From: Legionellales bacterium
GTDB taxonomy: Bacteria; Pseudomonadota; Gammaproteobacteria; JAGOUN01
DNA: 64,000 nucleotides
Direction: 5' to 3'
Assembly: GCA_027486005.1 (NCBI GenBank)
Contig: JAIXPZ010000042.1
Coordinates: 2,894-66,893 of the forward strand
Part shown: piece after piece, positions 38,579 to 49,743 of the stretch
How the letters are laid out: the number at the start of each line of letters is the position of its first letter
Numbering within the stretch: the first letter of the stretch is position 1
Made by a program: the position numbers and the translations under genes
The notes under the pieces: generated by a model
What the model was told of the DNA's origin: nothing
Databases searched by the model: none
What the model saw: the letters and a program-made list of their open reading frames with translations, nothing else

Positions 38579-38805
38579 GTACGTTTACGGATGCATTTTC
38601 TGCAGGCGCTGGTTTTTCCCCAGAAAATTTAAACCATTTTTATCAAGGATTTTTAGGACTTATGGTGATTATCTGGGCGGGATTTTTGGTTAAAGGTTTT
38701 ATTCAAAAAGCGGAAACCGTGAATAATTCAGGCAGTTATTTGATTCATCAATTTTCGATTGTGTTTGTGACGGTTCTTGTGTTTTGTGTTGTTTCTTATT
38801 GGTAA
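38575..38805 (+). CDS. Small 2-TM ICE membrane protein (PFL_4701-like?)
   Basis: 76 aa with two hydrophobic helices. Start overlaps the upstream stop. Confidence 0.4.
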   Translation: MSTFTDAFSAGAGFSPENLNHFYQGFLGLMVIIWAGFLVKGFIQKAETVNNSGSYLIHQFSIVFVTVLVFCVVSYW

Positions 38806-38821
38806 TAAGTGGAGAGAGATT

Positions 38822-39196
38822 ATGTGGTTAGTTATTTTAAAAAGTAGTTGGAAAAAAATTAAAAAAAGATTGAGATTTGTATCAATGATTCCGGCGAGTT
38901 CATTTGCGACGACGGATAACCCGTTTGATGTGATGGGTATACAAGACGATCTGGGTAATCAAGATATTGTGACGTGGTTTAAAGGTCTTCTACAAACGCA
39001 GTACATGCCACTCATTTTAGGAGCAGTAGGTTTGATGATTTTAGCCTCCAGTGCGATGCATATTCATCACGGTATAAAAAAGGCGCGCGAAGAGGGCAGC
39101 CAAGTGGCTATTACCGATTTCTCTAGTTCACTGATCGCTGCAATTGTGGGCGTGGCAATCATTGGACTCGGTTTCAGTATTAATGCGAATTGGTAG
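38822..39196 (+). CDS. Small ICE membrane protein, pilin-like (PFL_4702-like?)
   Basis: The track ORF starts at 38777 and overlaps the upstream gene. The internal ATG at 38822 is preceded by GGAGAGAG. Two TM helices flank a polar loop. Confidence 0.4.
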   Translation: MWLVILKSSWKKIKKRLRFVSMIPASSFATTDNPFDVMGIQDDLGNQDIVTWFKGLLQTQYMPLILGAVGLMILASSAMHIHHGIKKAREEGSQVAITDFSSSLIAAIVGVAIIGLGFSINANW

Positions 39197-39202
39197 AAAG
39201 AT

Positions 39203-39565
39203 ATGTCATTACCTTCAAGCAAATACCTCAGCTACAAACATCCCTTGTGGTATGGCTGTACGTTACAAGAAATCATGATGATTTCGCTCGTGGGGCTTGT
39301 CGGTGTGAGTTTAGTGTTTGTTGTACTCCCTTGTCTTTTGGGATTACCTGCTTGGATCGGCATTATTGTGGGTGGCATTGCTATTAAAACAGTCGTCAAA
39401 CGAATGATTGTGGCCGTTGGAGATTGGAAAAAAGATAAACCCTACGGTTATCTCATGACAATCGTTTTTATTAAATGCGCAGATCTTGGAATGATGACGC
39501 TGCCTTATGTTCGACGCGCAGGTCCTTGGCGCACGGTTCGACGTCTTTATCGGAGAGAAAAATAA
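39203..39565 (+). CDS. Small 2-TM ICE membrane protein
   Basis: 120 aa with two TM helices. Its stop overlaps the next start (TAATG at 39563-39567). Confidence 0.4.
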   Translation: MSLPSSKYLSYKHPLWYGCTLQEIMMISLVGLVGVSLVFVVLPCLLGLPAWIGIIVGGIAIKTVVKRMIVAVGDWKKDKPYGYLMTIVFIKCADLGMMTLPYVRRAGPWRTVRRLYRREK

Positions 39566-40203
39566 TGTTGGCTTTGTTTAAAAATACGTGGCGTAAAACC
39601 GATGAATATAAAAAATTGATTCGCCTGTATCAGATTATTCTTTTGATCTTGCTGGGATTTATTTTCCTACAACATGAACATTTAAATAGCGCACTAACGT
39701 CTCAACGTATTTATGTGACACCTACGCTTGAAACAGCCGGAGGATTTACGCAAGCGAATCATATATCCGATGAACTTTTATTTGGATTTGCGTTTAAAAC
39801 ATTTACTGAAATCAACACCTGGCGTGGTGGTGAAGACGTTGAAGAATATAAACGGCAAATTGAAGCGAATCGTTACTTTTTAACGCCTGCGTATTACGAA
39901 CAACTGACTGCGGACTTTTCTAAAAAGAAGATGTTAGGTGAACTCGCACGATTGCGCGTGTTATCAGGTTATCACGGAGAAGATTTCCAAGGAATGGATA
40001 TTAAACCACTAGGACCGAATGCATGGGAAGTGGATTTAACTTTACGTTTAGAAGAACGTGTAGGAGATACCGCTGTCAAAGATGTGTTGATTCGTTATCC
40101 GATTAAAGTCGTGCGTAGCACATTGACACCTGAATTAAATCCATACGGATTAGCAATTGATGGTTATGTGCGCGAACCTGAACGAGTGAACACATTAATT
40201 TAG
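39565..40203 (+). CDS. ICE T4SS membrane-anchored protein (PFL_4703-like?)
   Basis: The TAATG overlap suggests the start at 39565 (MLALFKNTW...), with an N-terminal TM helix. The track ORF's upstream extension from 39475 overlaps the previous gene. Confidence 0.45.
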   Translation: MLALFKNTWRKTDEYKKLIRLYQIILLILLGFIFLQHEHLNSALTSQRIYVTPTLETAGGFTQANHISDELLFGFAFKTFTEINTWRGGEDVEEYKRQIEANRYFLTPAYYEQLTADFSKKKMLGELARLRVLSGYHGEDFQGMDIKPLGPNAWEVDLTLRLEERVGDTAVKDVLIRYPIKVVRSTLTPELNPYGLAIDGYVREPERVNTLI

Positions 40204-40223
40204 TTACTTTAGCGCTTTGTGAG

Positions 40224-41102
40224 ATGAGAGGTTTGATAATGAATAAAATATTAGTACTTATGATTATGCTTTTGTGCTTACCACTATTGGCAAATGCACA
40301 GGCAGTGTCAACGCTGAATGATGCAGCACAATTGCAAGCAGAGCATGTCGTATGGAATAAATTACCCATTCAATTTTCAGTAGTAGTGGGTAAAGAACGT
40401 TTATTATCTTTTCCTGAAAAAGTGAAAGTCGTCAATGATGATCCAGCGCTTACAAGTGAAAAAGTGAGTATTTTAAATAATTCAGGCACGTTGTATATAA
40501 AAGCAAAACAAGTGTTTGAGCCTGTGCGATTGCGCATCGTGGTCGTTTCTACCGGCGAAACAATCTTAGTAGATTTATCAGGCGTTGCAAGCGGTGATGA
40601 TTTGCCCGTTGAAGTCGTGTTAGCGTCAAATACGTCGGTGAATATCAATAATGCAACTCAATCTAATAGTGCAACTGAAGGTACTAAAAAAAATAATGAA
40701 ACTGCGAATGTGGTTTCTTTAACACGCTTTGCAACACAGCAATTGTATTCGCCGACACGGCTATTAGAAGAGAACTCCAATATTTACCGCACACCCATGT
40801 ATACGCAAAAAACTGTGGTATTAACGAGCGGTGATAGTCTTGCTGCCTTTCCACTCATTTCTTGGCGAGGAGGGGATCTTTACGTCACGGCAGTGTTGCT
40901 TCGTAATAATTTACATCAAGCAATTTCGATTAATCCAAATAGTTTTTTAGGCTGTTGGCAATCCATCAGTGTTTATCCACTCACGACTTTAAGTGCAATG
41001 GGGTCGCAAGGAGATCGTTCTACCGTATTTCTTGTTTCAAGCGCACCCTTTGGTGATGCGCTTAAACAAAATTGTCAGGTGTCACGTGGAGGTTCATTAT
41101 GA
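40224..41102 (+). CDS. Secreted ICE T4SS protein (PFL_4704-like; TraK/VirB9-like?)
   Basis: Signal peptide MNKILVLMIMLLCLPLLANA. Beta-rich C-terminal region. Confidence 0.45.
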   Translation: MRGLIMNKILVLMIMLLCLPLLANAQAVSTLNDAAQLQAEHVVWNKLPIQFSVVVGKERLLSFPEKVKVVNDDPALTSEKVSILNNSGTLYIKAKQVFEPVRLRIVVVSTGETILVDLSGVASGDDLPVEVVLASNTSVNINNATQSNSATEGTKKNNETANVVSLTRFATQQLYSPTRLLEENSNIYRTPMYTQKTVVLTSGDSLAAFPLISWRGGDLYVTAVLLRNNLHQAISINPNSFLGCWQSISVYPLTTLSAMGSQGDRSTVFLVSSAPFGDALKQNCQVSRGGSL

Positions 41103-42403
41103 AGTGGACTACGGGAAAACTCTTTATTGTTGCAGCTGTTGTATTAGTATTTATTATTTTTTATTCAGTCATGCATAAAAAATCAGACAGCGCGCCTTCA
41201 CTTACAACACAAGCGATGCCGCATGATAAAGCCTCTGGCGATACCAATGAAGAAGTGATTAAAACCTTTGCAAAAGAACTCGCGGATGTAAAAGGTGAAA
41301 ATACTACACTTCAAAAGCAAATTACTTCTTTATCAACGCATGCCGATGAAGCATCGTTGAAAGTGATTGATACTTTAAGGGCGCAGGTCATTAAAAATGA
41401 AACGCAAATGAAGCAATTGGCCGTGCAAATGCGCGATGCATCTTCAAGTGATAAAAATAATTATGCAGTTCAAACAGATAGTTTAGATGATTCACCACAT
41501 GTTATACACGAAATTAATGATATCAGCCAAGCGCCCCCGTTATCACCTGAAGAAGTGCTTGCATTATCGAGAGCGGCTAAGAAATCAGCTTCAAAACCGA
41601 CAACCAATGACGAAGCGGTTAACACGGTTGAGCCTTATTATTCTATTCCACCTGGCACCAATGCAATTCATACCACGTTATTAACTGCGTTGCTCGGTGA
41701 AGTACCGAATAATGGCACGTTTCAGCAACCGCCGTTTCCATTTCAAGGAATGATTGGTCGCAAGGATTTATTGGCGGCGAATGGAAAAGAATTACCGCCA
41801 GAAGTGGGCGGCATGAAAATATCCGGTTATGCCATTGGGGTCGGAAGTTTTCTTGATAACCTTTCTTGTACGCGCGTCTATATCACGCAAGCCGTTTATA
41901 TTTTTAATGATGGGCATATTAGCGTGATTGGAAAGAACCAAGACACGAAAGATGTGGTCAATCCTTCAGAAACTTTAGGCTACTTAAGTGATCCATGGGG
42001 TAACACTTGTATTCCGGGAGAATATATTACCAATGCACCGCGTGTATTAGCCGCTCTCACTGCAACAGGTGTGGTTTCGGGTTTTGGCAGCGCGATTTCA
42101 CAAGCACAAACCACGACGTACACCGGCAGCCAAGATGCGAATACTGTTATGAACGGAAGCACTGTTAAGTATGGACTTGGTACGGGACTTTCGTATGGTA
42201 TGAATCAAGCTACCGATTGGATGCTCGACCGCTTAAAAGGTTCGTTTGATTTGGTGTACGTCCCTGCATCGCAAGATAACCATCCGACACAAGTGGTTGC
42301 AAACTTCACACAAATGATTCCGATTGATTTAGATGAAAAGAGTAGGAAATTACGTTATGAACATACGTCAGAATATCAAGTACAAGCCACAACGTTGGAT
42401 TAA
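41100..42403 (+). CDS. Bitopic ICE T4SS protein (PFL_4705-like; TraB/VirB10-like?)
   Basis: Start ATG at 41100 preceded by GGAGG. N-terminal TM helix, coiled coil and a large C-terminal domain. Confidence 0.45.
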
Positions 42404-42824
42404 TTTTATTGTTGCGTCAGTACTGATTGCCAGCTTAACAAGCTGTGCAAGCAGCTCGAAATCAGGGTCAAAACAAGATCATCTGATTCCGCAAGAAGGT
42501 TTAACCGTACAACAAATATATCGCCAATCAAGTTCGGGTGAAAATAATGGCCTGTATGAAGGTGAATTTGGAAGTAGCAACGATGATCAATCGGTTGAAG
42601 CGGCACGCGCACAAATTCCTGCGGTATATCCAGCAACGGTACAAGCATCGCCTTTTCAAACACCTAAAACACAGTTTGCATTGATGGATAATCCCTCTGT
42701 GCCGATTTATGTTTATCCGCATTTAGTCAAGATGGGCAATGATGAAGTGCCGGTTGATGGCTATGCAACGACATTCTTTCTTTATTCACAGAATCACTAT
42801 GCACTACCTTGGGAGCATTATTAA
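42357..42824 (+). CDS. Conjugal-transfer-region lipoprotein (TraV-like?)
   Basis: Lipobox LTSC after a hydrophobic leader (INFIVASVLIASLTSCASSSK). The internal ATG at 42357 is preceded by AGGAAA. The track ORF starts at 42333. Confidence 0.45.
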   Translation: MNIRQNIKYKPQRWINFIVASVLIASLTSCASSSKSGSKQDHLIPQEGLTVQQIYRQSSSGENNGLYEGEFGSSNDDQSVEAARAQIPAVYPATVQASPFQTPKTQFALMDNPSVPIYVYPHLVKMGNDEVPVDGYATTFFLYSQNHYALPWEHY

Positions 42825-45670
42825 TGTTGAATGTGCAACAAGCGTTAAAGAAATACTTTCGCCCCTTTATTGAAAAGAAAGACATTGAACGCCAACAAGA
42901 CATCTTTCCTTCTTTTTCAGAGCGCTTAGGCTTTGAAGAATGGTCAGAAAGTGAAAAATGCTTTTTATTACAAGATGGCAGGTCAGTCGCGCGTGTGTTT
43001 GAAGTACGTGATGTGGCGACCGATTCTCGCCCTCAAGAAATGATTAACGAATTTCATGAAAAAATTACACAGGCACTTTCTCAAATTATTCCACTTGAAA
43101 AAGAGAATCCTTGGGTACTACAAATTTTTGTGCAAGAAGAAGCAACGCTGGATCCTTTGATGCAACGTTTAAAAAACTATGTACCCGAGTCACAAAAAGA
43201 TGATTCTTTAACTCAAGACTATCTTGCGATGATGCAAGATCATTTAAGTTATTTGGCACAAAAGGAAGGTATTTTCAAAGATCCTTTGTCGGGCGTTGCG
43301 TTTAGAGGTAAAACCAAACGTATTCGTTTAGTGCTTTATCGCCGATTTTCACTGATTAAAAAAGGCGTGACTAAACCAGCAGAAAACTTGCTGGCATTGA
43401 ATCGTGTCAGTGAACAACTGATATCACGTTTACAAACACTAGGATTACTCGTCAGAACTTTGAAAGGGAAGCAGTGCTATGAATGGCTTGTACGCTGGTT
43501 TAACCCAGCACCACAACGTTTCAATCATGAGATCAATGAATTATTAAAAAAGAGACCCTATCCAAAAGAATCAGAAAGACCATTTGGCTGGAATATAGCA
43601 GAAAATATATTTTTTAATGAACCCAAAAGTACTTCTACCACTTGGCAGTTTGATGACATACATCACAAAGTGATGTGTCTACATCGATTAGAACGATTGC
43701 CAGAAATCGGCGCGATCACGAAAGAACGTAAGCAATCGTCTACGCTTTGTTATGCGCTATTAGATAAGTTGCCTGAGGGAAGTATTTTCTCAACCCATAT
43801 TGTCTTTGAAGACAGCGATACCATTGAAAAACATTTAAGCATTATTGAAAAAAGCGCAATGGGGTTTGACCGTGAACCTCAACTTATCAAAGCCGATATT
43901 GAAACGGCACGTTATGAAATGAAAAATGGGAATCGTCTCTTTCGTGTGGTTCACGCGATTTATTACGCGAGTCCAACGTTAGAGGGATTATCGTCGATTG
44001 AAAATCAAATTATGAATGAACTTAATCTTGTGAATTTGAATGCAATATTACCCGAGTATGAAAAAAATCCACTTGATATGTATTTACGCTTCTTGCCGAT
44101 GAATTTTGATTATCAGTTTGAAAAGCAACGCGTATTTCGATCGACCTATCAATTTGCAACGGAAGTCGCGGCACTTTTGCCGTTTTATGGACGTTCTCGG
44201 GGCGATGGGTTACATCCCTTATTTACACTTTTTAATCGAGGCGGCGAAGCGTTTATTTTTGACCCGTATCACAAAGATTTTAAAATGGCGAATTCGCATA
44301 TGTTTGTCGTGGGTGGTACGGGTGCCGGTAAATCGGTATTTATTAATACCGTCGTATTACCTTTACTTGCGATTAAGAATGCGCGTGTCTTTATTATTGA
44401 AGCAGGGGGCTCTTTTGATCTGTTAACGCAATACATTCGTAGTCATGGTAAAAAAATAACGCAAATGACGTTTGATCGAAAAAATCCCATTGCTATCAAC
44501 CCTTTTTCAGAAAGTTACGAAGCTCTTGAAAAAATCTTAGAAGAAGAGACATTTTTATTACAACAACGCGAGGCAAGTGAAGAGGATGCTTTAATAAAAG
44601 TGATTCATCGACATACTGAAAAAATTCAAGAAGTTTTAGATTCACCCGTTGAGAATGTGCGAAATAAGAGTGCTCAAAAAAGCGCAGAGGAAAATCGCGA
44701 TATTTTATCTGAAATGGTGATGGCGCTGCGTAATATGATTACAGGAGGTATGCCACAAGAAGAAGCACGGTTTACGTTAGCGGATTTGAATTTAATTAGT
44801 GAGACGCTCGTTGAAGCAATCAAAGAGTGTAAAGAAAATCATGTGCCGCAAGTACTCATTCAGCATATTGTGGAGTATTTTGAGAAAAAATCAAAAACCA
44901 TTAAAGCGGAATATCTTGCGCGTCGTTTAGATGAAATGGCACGTACCATGAAAAGCTTTACAACGATGCCGACAAAATCTCGATTTTTCAATCGGCCATC
45001 GGAAGCCCTTATGGATTCTGATTATATGCACATCAATCTTGGATTTCTTCAAGATACAAGTGATGCGAATAACATGGTGATGATGTCACTCTTGATGATT
45101 TCCTTGTTATCAAAAATATTATCCATTGCTGAAGCGAATCAGCGCAGTACACGGCCTACGATATTAATTATCGATGAAGCGCATATTCCCATGAAAAATC
45201 CTTTGGTCTGTGCTTTTCTAGTCTTGATGGCGAAAGTTGCGAGAAAATTGGGGCTCTGGTTAATTCCTGTCACACAAAACGTTAAAGATTTTAGTGATAA
45301 CGAAGCTAAAAAAGTACTCGCGATGATGGAGACGTGGTTGTGTTTAGCATTGTCGCCCGATGAAGTCGATAACGTTGAGCAATTGCGACAACTCACCGCT
45401 GAGCAACGCTCGCTGATTTTAAATGTTCAAAAACATGCAGGACTTTATTCAGAAGGGGTGCTTCTCAGTTCTCGTTATCAGGGTCTGTTTAGAAACATTC
45501 CACCCCGTTTTGCGCTTGCGATGGCGATGACCGAACAAAGTGAAAAAGCAGAGCGTCAGCATATTATGCAAGAAAATAATGTGTCTGAATTGGAAGCAGC
45601 CAAAGTGGTCGGTGAACGGTTAAAAAATATTACTCAAAAAACGCGAGAAGATGAGGGTTTTGATGATTAA
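42809..45670 (+). CDS. traC: Conjugative transfer ATPase TraC/VirB4 family (genomic-island-type, PFL_4706-like)
   Basis: 953 aa. Walker A GGTGAGKS (FVVGGTGAGKSVFINT). Walker B/hydrophobic-DE region ILIIDEAH. Confidence 0.85.
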   Translation: MGALLMLNVQQALKKYFRPFIEKKDIERQQDIFPSFSERLGFEEWSESEKCFLLQDGRSVARVFEVRDVATDSRPQEMINEFHEKITQALSQIIPLEKENPWVLQIFVQEEATLDPLMQRLKNYVPESQKDDSLTQDYLAMMQDHLSYLAQKEGIFKDPLSGVAFRGKTKRIRLVLYRRFSLIKKGVTKPAENLLALNRVSEQLISRLQTLGLLVRTLKGKQCYEWLVRWFNPAPQRFNHEINELLKKRPYPKESERPFGWNIAENIFFNEPKSTSTTWQFDDIHHKVMCLHRLERLPEIGAITKERKQSSTLCYALLDKLPEGSIFSTHIVFEDSDTIEKHLSIIEKSAMGFDREPQLIKADIETARYEMKNGNRLFRVVHAIYYASPTLEGLSSIENQIMNELNLVNLNAILPEYEKNPLDMYLRFLPMNFDYQFEKQRVFRSTYQFATEVAALLPFYGRSRGDGLHPLFTLFNRGGEAFIFDPYHKDFKMANSHMFVVGGTGAGKSVFINTVVLPLLAIKNARVFIIEAGGSFDLLTQYIRSHGKKITQMTFDRKNPIAINPFSESYEALEKILEEETFLLQQREASEEDALIKVIHRHTEKIQEVLDSPVENVRNKSAQKSAEENRDILSEMVMALRNMITGGMPQEEARFTLADLNLISETLVEAIKECKENHVPQVLIQHIVEYFEKKSKTIKAEYLARRLDEMARTMKSFTTMPTKSRFFNRPSEALMDSDYMHINLGFLQDTSDANNMVMMSLLMISLLSKILSIAEANQRSTRPTILIIDEAHIPMKNPLVCAFLVLMAKVARKLGLWLIPVTQNVKDFSDNEAKKVLAMMETWLCLALSPDEVDNVEQLRQLTAEQRSLILNVQKHAGLYSEGVLLSSRYQGLFRNIPPRFALAMAMTEQSEKAERQHIMQENNVSELEAAKVVGERLKNITQKTREDEGFDD

Positions 45671-46682
45671 TGTTTTAACGTTTCTTATCAGCTTTATTTT
45701 AATCGCCAGTTTTCCGGTAGCGAGTAGTGCGGACACAGCGCCACCCTCAACAATCACTACACCAGAAATTTTAGCAAAAATTTATCCGCATTATCTTGAG
45801 TATACACATTTTAAAATTATTGGAGAATGCCAGTGGCTGGATACCTCTTCAGGTGTACCCGTAACTCATACGACGTTAGAGCTTGATGAATATTTACCCG
45901 ATTTAATTGTCAGTGTGTTTAATGCAGCGGGAGATAATCCTTGGTGGGAAGCTGCCACGATGTTAGATATTGAATCGGATGCTTTAGGTTCATCACTTGT
46001 TTATGCGATGACCGGATTCCCGATGGGAACAGGACATAACGGATCGCAAAGTGGTAATCAACACGCCGATCATATTGTCATGAAAGAAGTCGATGTGATT
46101 GGTAACCCTCAAACATTTTATCAATTTCCGTTTGCAAAGTTGGATGTCGATACTGAGCCCTTTATGCCGTATTACCAATCAAGCTTGGATATGGGAGATC
46201 GTAGTGGCACGGCTGAATTATTGCGCCCAGAAGCTGTGGATCCTTTTGATTATTATGTGGGCCCTGATTTTTATAATCATTGGGGATATGAATTCCCACG
46301 ATCCATGACAGTTAATATCGATAACGATTATAAAGCATCTGTTGTGCTCGCACTCCATGCGGCAGATATCGTGACGAATAGAAATGCGTTGCACACGGTT
46401 CAATCGACAGAAGATTCGTGTGGAGATAATTGTGCGGTTGCGAATGTTATTGAAGAAATGAATGAAGAGCATGCGGTCTGGCAAGAAGTCTATCCAAATG
46501 ATCGACACATTAAGCTCGGCGAAGATGATTCGACAGAGCTTGAATCATTAGGCGCAGACGATGAAGACGCAGGTAATGGAAATTATGTGTTTGTGATTTG
46601 GAGACATTATAAGGGTTGTCAGCAAGCGCCCGGTCATATTGTGCTTAAAACTGTTTCTGTTCCTGATACAGAAAAACGTTAA
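45651..46682 (+). CDS. Secreted ICE T4SS protein (PFL_4710-like?)
   Basis: Signal peptide MRVLMINVLTFLISFILIASFPVASSA. Start overlaps the traC stop. Confidence 0.45.
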   Translation: MRVLMINVLTFLISFILIASFPVASSADTAPPSTITTPEILAKIYPHYLEYTHFKIIGECQWLDTSSGVPVTHTTLELDEYLPDLIVSVFNAAGDNPWWEAATMLDIESDALGSSLVYAMTGFPMGTGHNGSQSGNQHADHIVMKEVDVIGNPQTFYQFPFAKLDVDTEPFMPYYQSSLDMGDRSGTAELLRPEAVDPFDYYVGPDFYNHWGYEFPRSMTVNIDNDYKASVVLALHAADIVTNRNALHTVQSTEDSCGDNCAVANVIEEMNEEHAVWQEVYPNDRHIKLGEDDSTELESLGADDEDAGNGNYVFVIWRHYKGCQQAPGHIVLKTVSVPDTEKR

Positions 46683-46707
46683 CTTTAAAGAGAAGGTAAA
46701 ATAAACC

Positions 46708-48120
46708 ATGAAAAAAAGAGAACTGATTTTATTATTGATGCGAGTAAGTTGTTTAAGTGGTTTATCGTCAGCTGCTTTTGCTTTAGATATGATTCCAGCT
46801 CAATCACATTATTATTATGATATGGGCGGCGGTTCACTTTGGAGTACGCCACCTGCAAGTCCCGACCAAAGTATTACCGTAGGCGGCGGCTCTAATAATC
46901 ATCTGGGCTATAGCTGTAACGCATTTAATCCCTCTGTGTCGATGGCCAATTCGATGAATAATATTGGAGATTCAGTCGAGGCCATGAGTGAGACGGTGCT
47001 GAGTTCCGCAACCACAGCAGTTGGTTCTTTTCCTATGTATGTTTTGGAAAAAGCGTCTCCTGAATTGTATAACCTGATTCAAAACTCAATGACGAGTGCT
47101 TCTGATACTTTTAATTTATCGACAAAATCATGCCAAGACAGCCTGGGTGATATTCGTGATGGAAAATCTCCTTATGAAGATTGGTTTTCAGTTTCCGATT
47201 CACAAGGTTGGATGAATTATGCAGATTCAGCCGCCGACGGCCAAGAAGTTGATATTAATACTGCACAAAAAACGTTGACGCAAAATCAAGGAAAATACGG
47301 TGTGCCTTGGTTTCATGACGGTGCTAATTCAGGCGGAAGTGTGGGAGATCAAGTGCCTATTCAAGCGCTCTATGATGTAACTGTCGCCGGATATAATATT
47401 TTAGTCGATCCATTGCGCCAAACGCGTACGTTAGATGATGTGAGCGCACCTCCTTCCAGTAATTTCTTAACGACGTATTGGACCACTCCAAAAGATGCGG
47501 GTGAATGGGGTCAATTGGTTCTAGGGGATATCAATATTTCTTCAGAAAAAACGGACGCTGCAACACAAACACACGCTGGTGTCGGTTTAATGCCCATTAT
47601 GAGCTCTTGTCCGCATGTAGCAAACTTTGAGAAAACATGCCCTGCGATTATTTCAGAAAATTTATGGGATTTGATTAAAGGAACGAGCTCACAAACACCG
47701 GATAATTTGCGTGAAGTGAGCGCTGATCAATTAATGATTTCACCGCAAGTGATTCAAGCGTTACAAAATCAAACGTCGGAAGAGCAAACCATTTCTGTGA
47801 ATGAAATTTCACAAGAGGTAGCATTGCAAAATTTAACGGATGAAGCGCTTGATTTTAGAAGAATTCTGATTGCAGGAATGGGAACTACGCAAGTGCAAAA
47901 CTTAGATCCCGCTAAAAAACAAGTGGCGACCTCTATTAAAACATTGGAACAAGATATTGATGAGCTTTCTTACGATGTCAATAAACGTAAAGAAATGATG
48001 TCTACTTCTCTTGTGAAAATTCTTGATCATGAAAGCTTGAAAGCCATCGATAGTCAGAATCAACGTGAAGAAGTGCCTGCGACGACGATGAGCAATGGGG
48101 CGGTTTACACTAATAATTGA
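46708..48120 (+). CDS. Secreted ICE T4SS protein (PFL_4711-like?)
   Basis: Signal peptide (LLLMRVSCLSGLSSAAFA). 470 aa. Confidence 0.45.
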   Translation: MKKRELILLLMRVSCLSGLSSAAFALDMIPAQSHYYYDMGGGSLWSTPPASPDQSITVGGGSNNHLGYSCNAFNPSVSMANSMNNIGDSVEAMSETVLSSATTAVGSFPMYVLEKASPELYNLIQNSMTSASDTFNLSTKSCQDSLGDIRDGKSPYEDWFSVSDSQGWMNYADSAADGQEVDINTAQKTLTQNQGKYGVPWFHDGANSGGSVGDQVPIQALYDVTVAGYNILVDPLRQTRTLDDVSAPPSSNFLTTYWTTPKDAGEWGQLVLGDINISSEKTDAATQTHAGVGLMPIMSSCPHVANFEKTCPAIISENLWDLIKGTSSQTPDNLREVSADQLMISPQVIQALQNQTSEEQTISVNEISQEVALQNLTDEALDFRRILIAGMGTTQVQNLDPAKKQVATSIKTLEQDIDELSYDVNKRKEMMSTSLVKILDHESLKAIDSQNQREEVPATTMSNGAVYTNN

Positions 48121-48145
48121 AATTAGAAAAAAGTGGTAAAGAAAA

Positions 48146-49735
48146 ATGTTAGTAAATAATCCATTAGAACTGTATAGCGTTTATATCGGTTGGCGAGAAT
48201 ATGATTATATTTTCTCGGCACTCTATCAAATTGGTTTAACGTTATTGCCGTTTTTAATGCTGATTTTTGAAAACATTACGCAACCCTTTGAGCAGCCATT
48301 TGGTGATGCTGCTGATACGTCATTACGACGTGTCAGCATTGAACTTTTCTTTATGGCAATTATATTCATGGTGTGTGTTTATCCAAATTGGCCACTGCAA
48401 ATAAGTGATATTCAATATAAGCCACATTGTTCAACGACTGGGTCTGTTTCAACGCCAGGAAACTCAGGTACTACTTACGATTCTGTTTTTGATAATGCGA
48501 CATCGAGTGGAGAAGCCGTTTATATGCCACCGGCATTCGCCCTGGTGCTCAGCGTTTCCTCTGGACTTACGAATGGGTTGATCGAGTGGAGCATTCCCTG
48601 TGAAACCAATATGGTCACGATGATGAATCAAATGAGCCTGTCGCATTTTTCCAATGATTTATCGGAACAAATTAAACGGTTTAATAGTGAATGTTACCAA
48701 CGAGCGAATAATCAATTTCAAACGCAACAACCGAGTAGTTCGAGTTATCAATCAACCATGGAGGCTAATGGCGGTGAATCCGACTTGCAATGGATTGGAT
48801 CACATGTTTATCAATCACTTTACTATTCTAAGTTAACCTCGAATAAACCCGTGGCAGGTTTTCCGTACAGTCAATTTCCTTCGCAATATGTTGATGATGC
48901 CGTTGAAAAAGGAGAAATGAATACGCCAACCGATGGTTATCCAACATGTCAGCAATGGTGGAGTGATAGTACCTATGGTATTCAACATCGTATTGTGGAT
49001 GAAACAGATGCACAAACGCCCAGTAGTAGTTTTCTAGGAGCGCCTTCTTTTTCAGAGGATGTTGGGAATTATATCTCTCGCTCCAATCACACGTGGGGAA
49101 ATAATTTAAGCAAAGATGATTTCATCGCACGTCAAACTTTATATGCATCCGTGAATTCCGATGGAGCGCGCAGCGTAAAAAATTCTAGTCTGGATGCGAA
49201 TCAAGGTTTTATCGGTTCTCTTTCAGGAATGCTCGTTGATCTTGGACAATTAAAAAATCGTTATACCACGATGCCAGGACAACGCGCTGCAATTTCTGAA
49301 ATATATCCTATGATGCAAGCCTTTTTATATATGTTTATTGTGATGTTCATGCCGCTTGTTTTAGTGCTAGGTCGATATCGATTTCGTGTGTTTTTTACAC
49401 TTGCGATTCTTTTGTTTTCAGTGATTTTCTGTAACTTCATCTGGGAAATGTTGCAATGGTTTGAAAGTGCATTATTAGAAAGTTTATCGAATCCTGCTAT
49501 ACCTGGAGCACGCTTTTTACAAAACTCAGCGCTTTCTACATTCTTTACGGTTTTATACGTCATTGCACCTATGTTCTTTTTAAGTTTGATGAGTATCGCT
49601 GGGTATCAAGTTGGCAGCGTTATGGAACGATCATTTTCTAGCGGCACAGGTACATCTGCTAACGTTGCATCGCAAGCAGTTTCTGCATCTAGCGTGATCT
49701 CTGGAGCAAAGAAACTAGGGAAGTTTTTATTATGA
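48146..49735 (+). CDS. TraG-N-like mating-pair-stabilisation/entry-exclusion-type polytopic membrane protein
   Basis: 529 aa. Several TM helices at both ends flank a large periplasmic-type domain. It sits after the PFL_4711-like gene, as in GI-type T4SS clusters. Confidence 0.45.
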   Translation: MLVNNPLELYSVYIGWREYDYIFSALYQIGLTLLPFLMLIFENITQPFEQPFGDAADTSLRRVSIELFFMAIIFMVCVYPNWPLQISDIQYKPHCSTTGSVSTPGNSGTTYDSVFDNATSSGEAVYMPPAFALVLSVSSGLTNGLIEWSIPCETNMVTMMNQMSLSHFSNDLSEQIKRFNSECYQRANNQFQTQQPSSSSYQSTMEANGGESDLQWIGSHVYQSLYYSKLTSNKPVAGFPYSQFPSQYVDDAVEKGEMNTPTDGYPTCQQWWSDSTYGIQHRIVDETDAQTPSSSFLGAPSFSEDVGNYISRSNHTWGNNLSKDDFIARQTLYASVNSDGARSVKNSSLDANQGFIGSLSGMLVDLGQLKNRYTTMPGQRAAISEIYPMMQAFLYMFIVMFMPLVLVLGRYRFRVFFTLAILLFSVIFCNFIWEMLQWFESALLESLSNPAIPGARFLQNSALSTFFTVLYVIAPMFFLSLMSIAGYQVGSVMERSFSSGTGTSANVASQAVSASSVISGAKKLGKFLL

Positions 49736-49743
49736 AAATAATA

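Noticed and set aside
39475-39565. Upstream extensions of track ORFs (39475, 41072, 42333, 38777, 55076, 27912, 1847, 18383 starts)
   Set aside because: The extensions overlap the preceding genes or run through repeats. Internal ATGs with SD-like sequences and stop-start overlaps (TAATG/ATGA) give more plausible starts.
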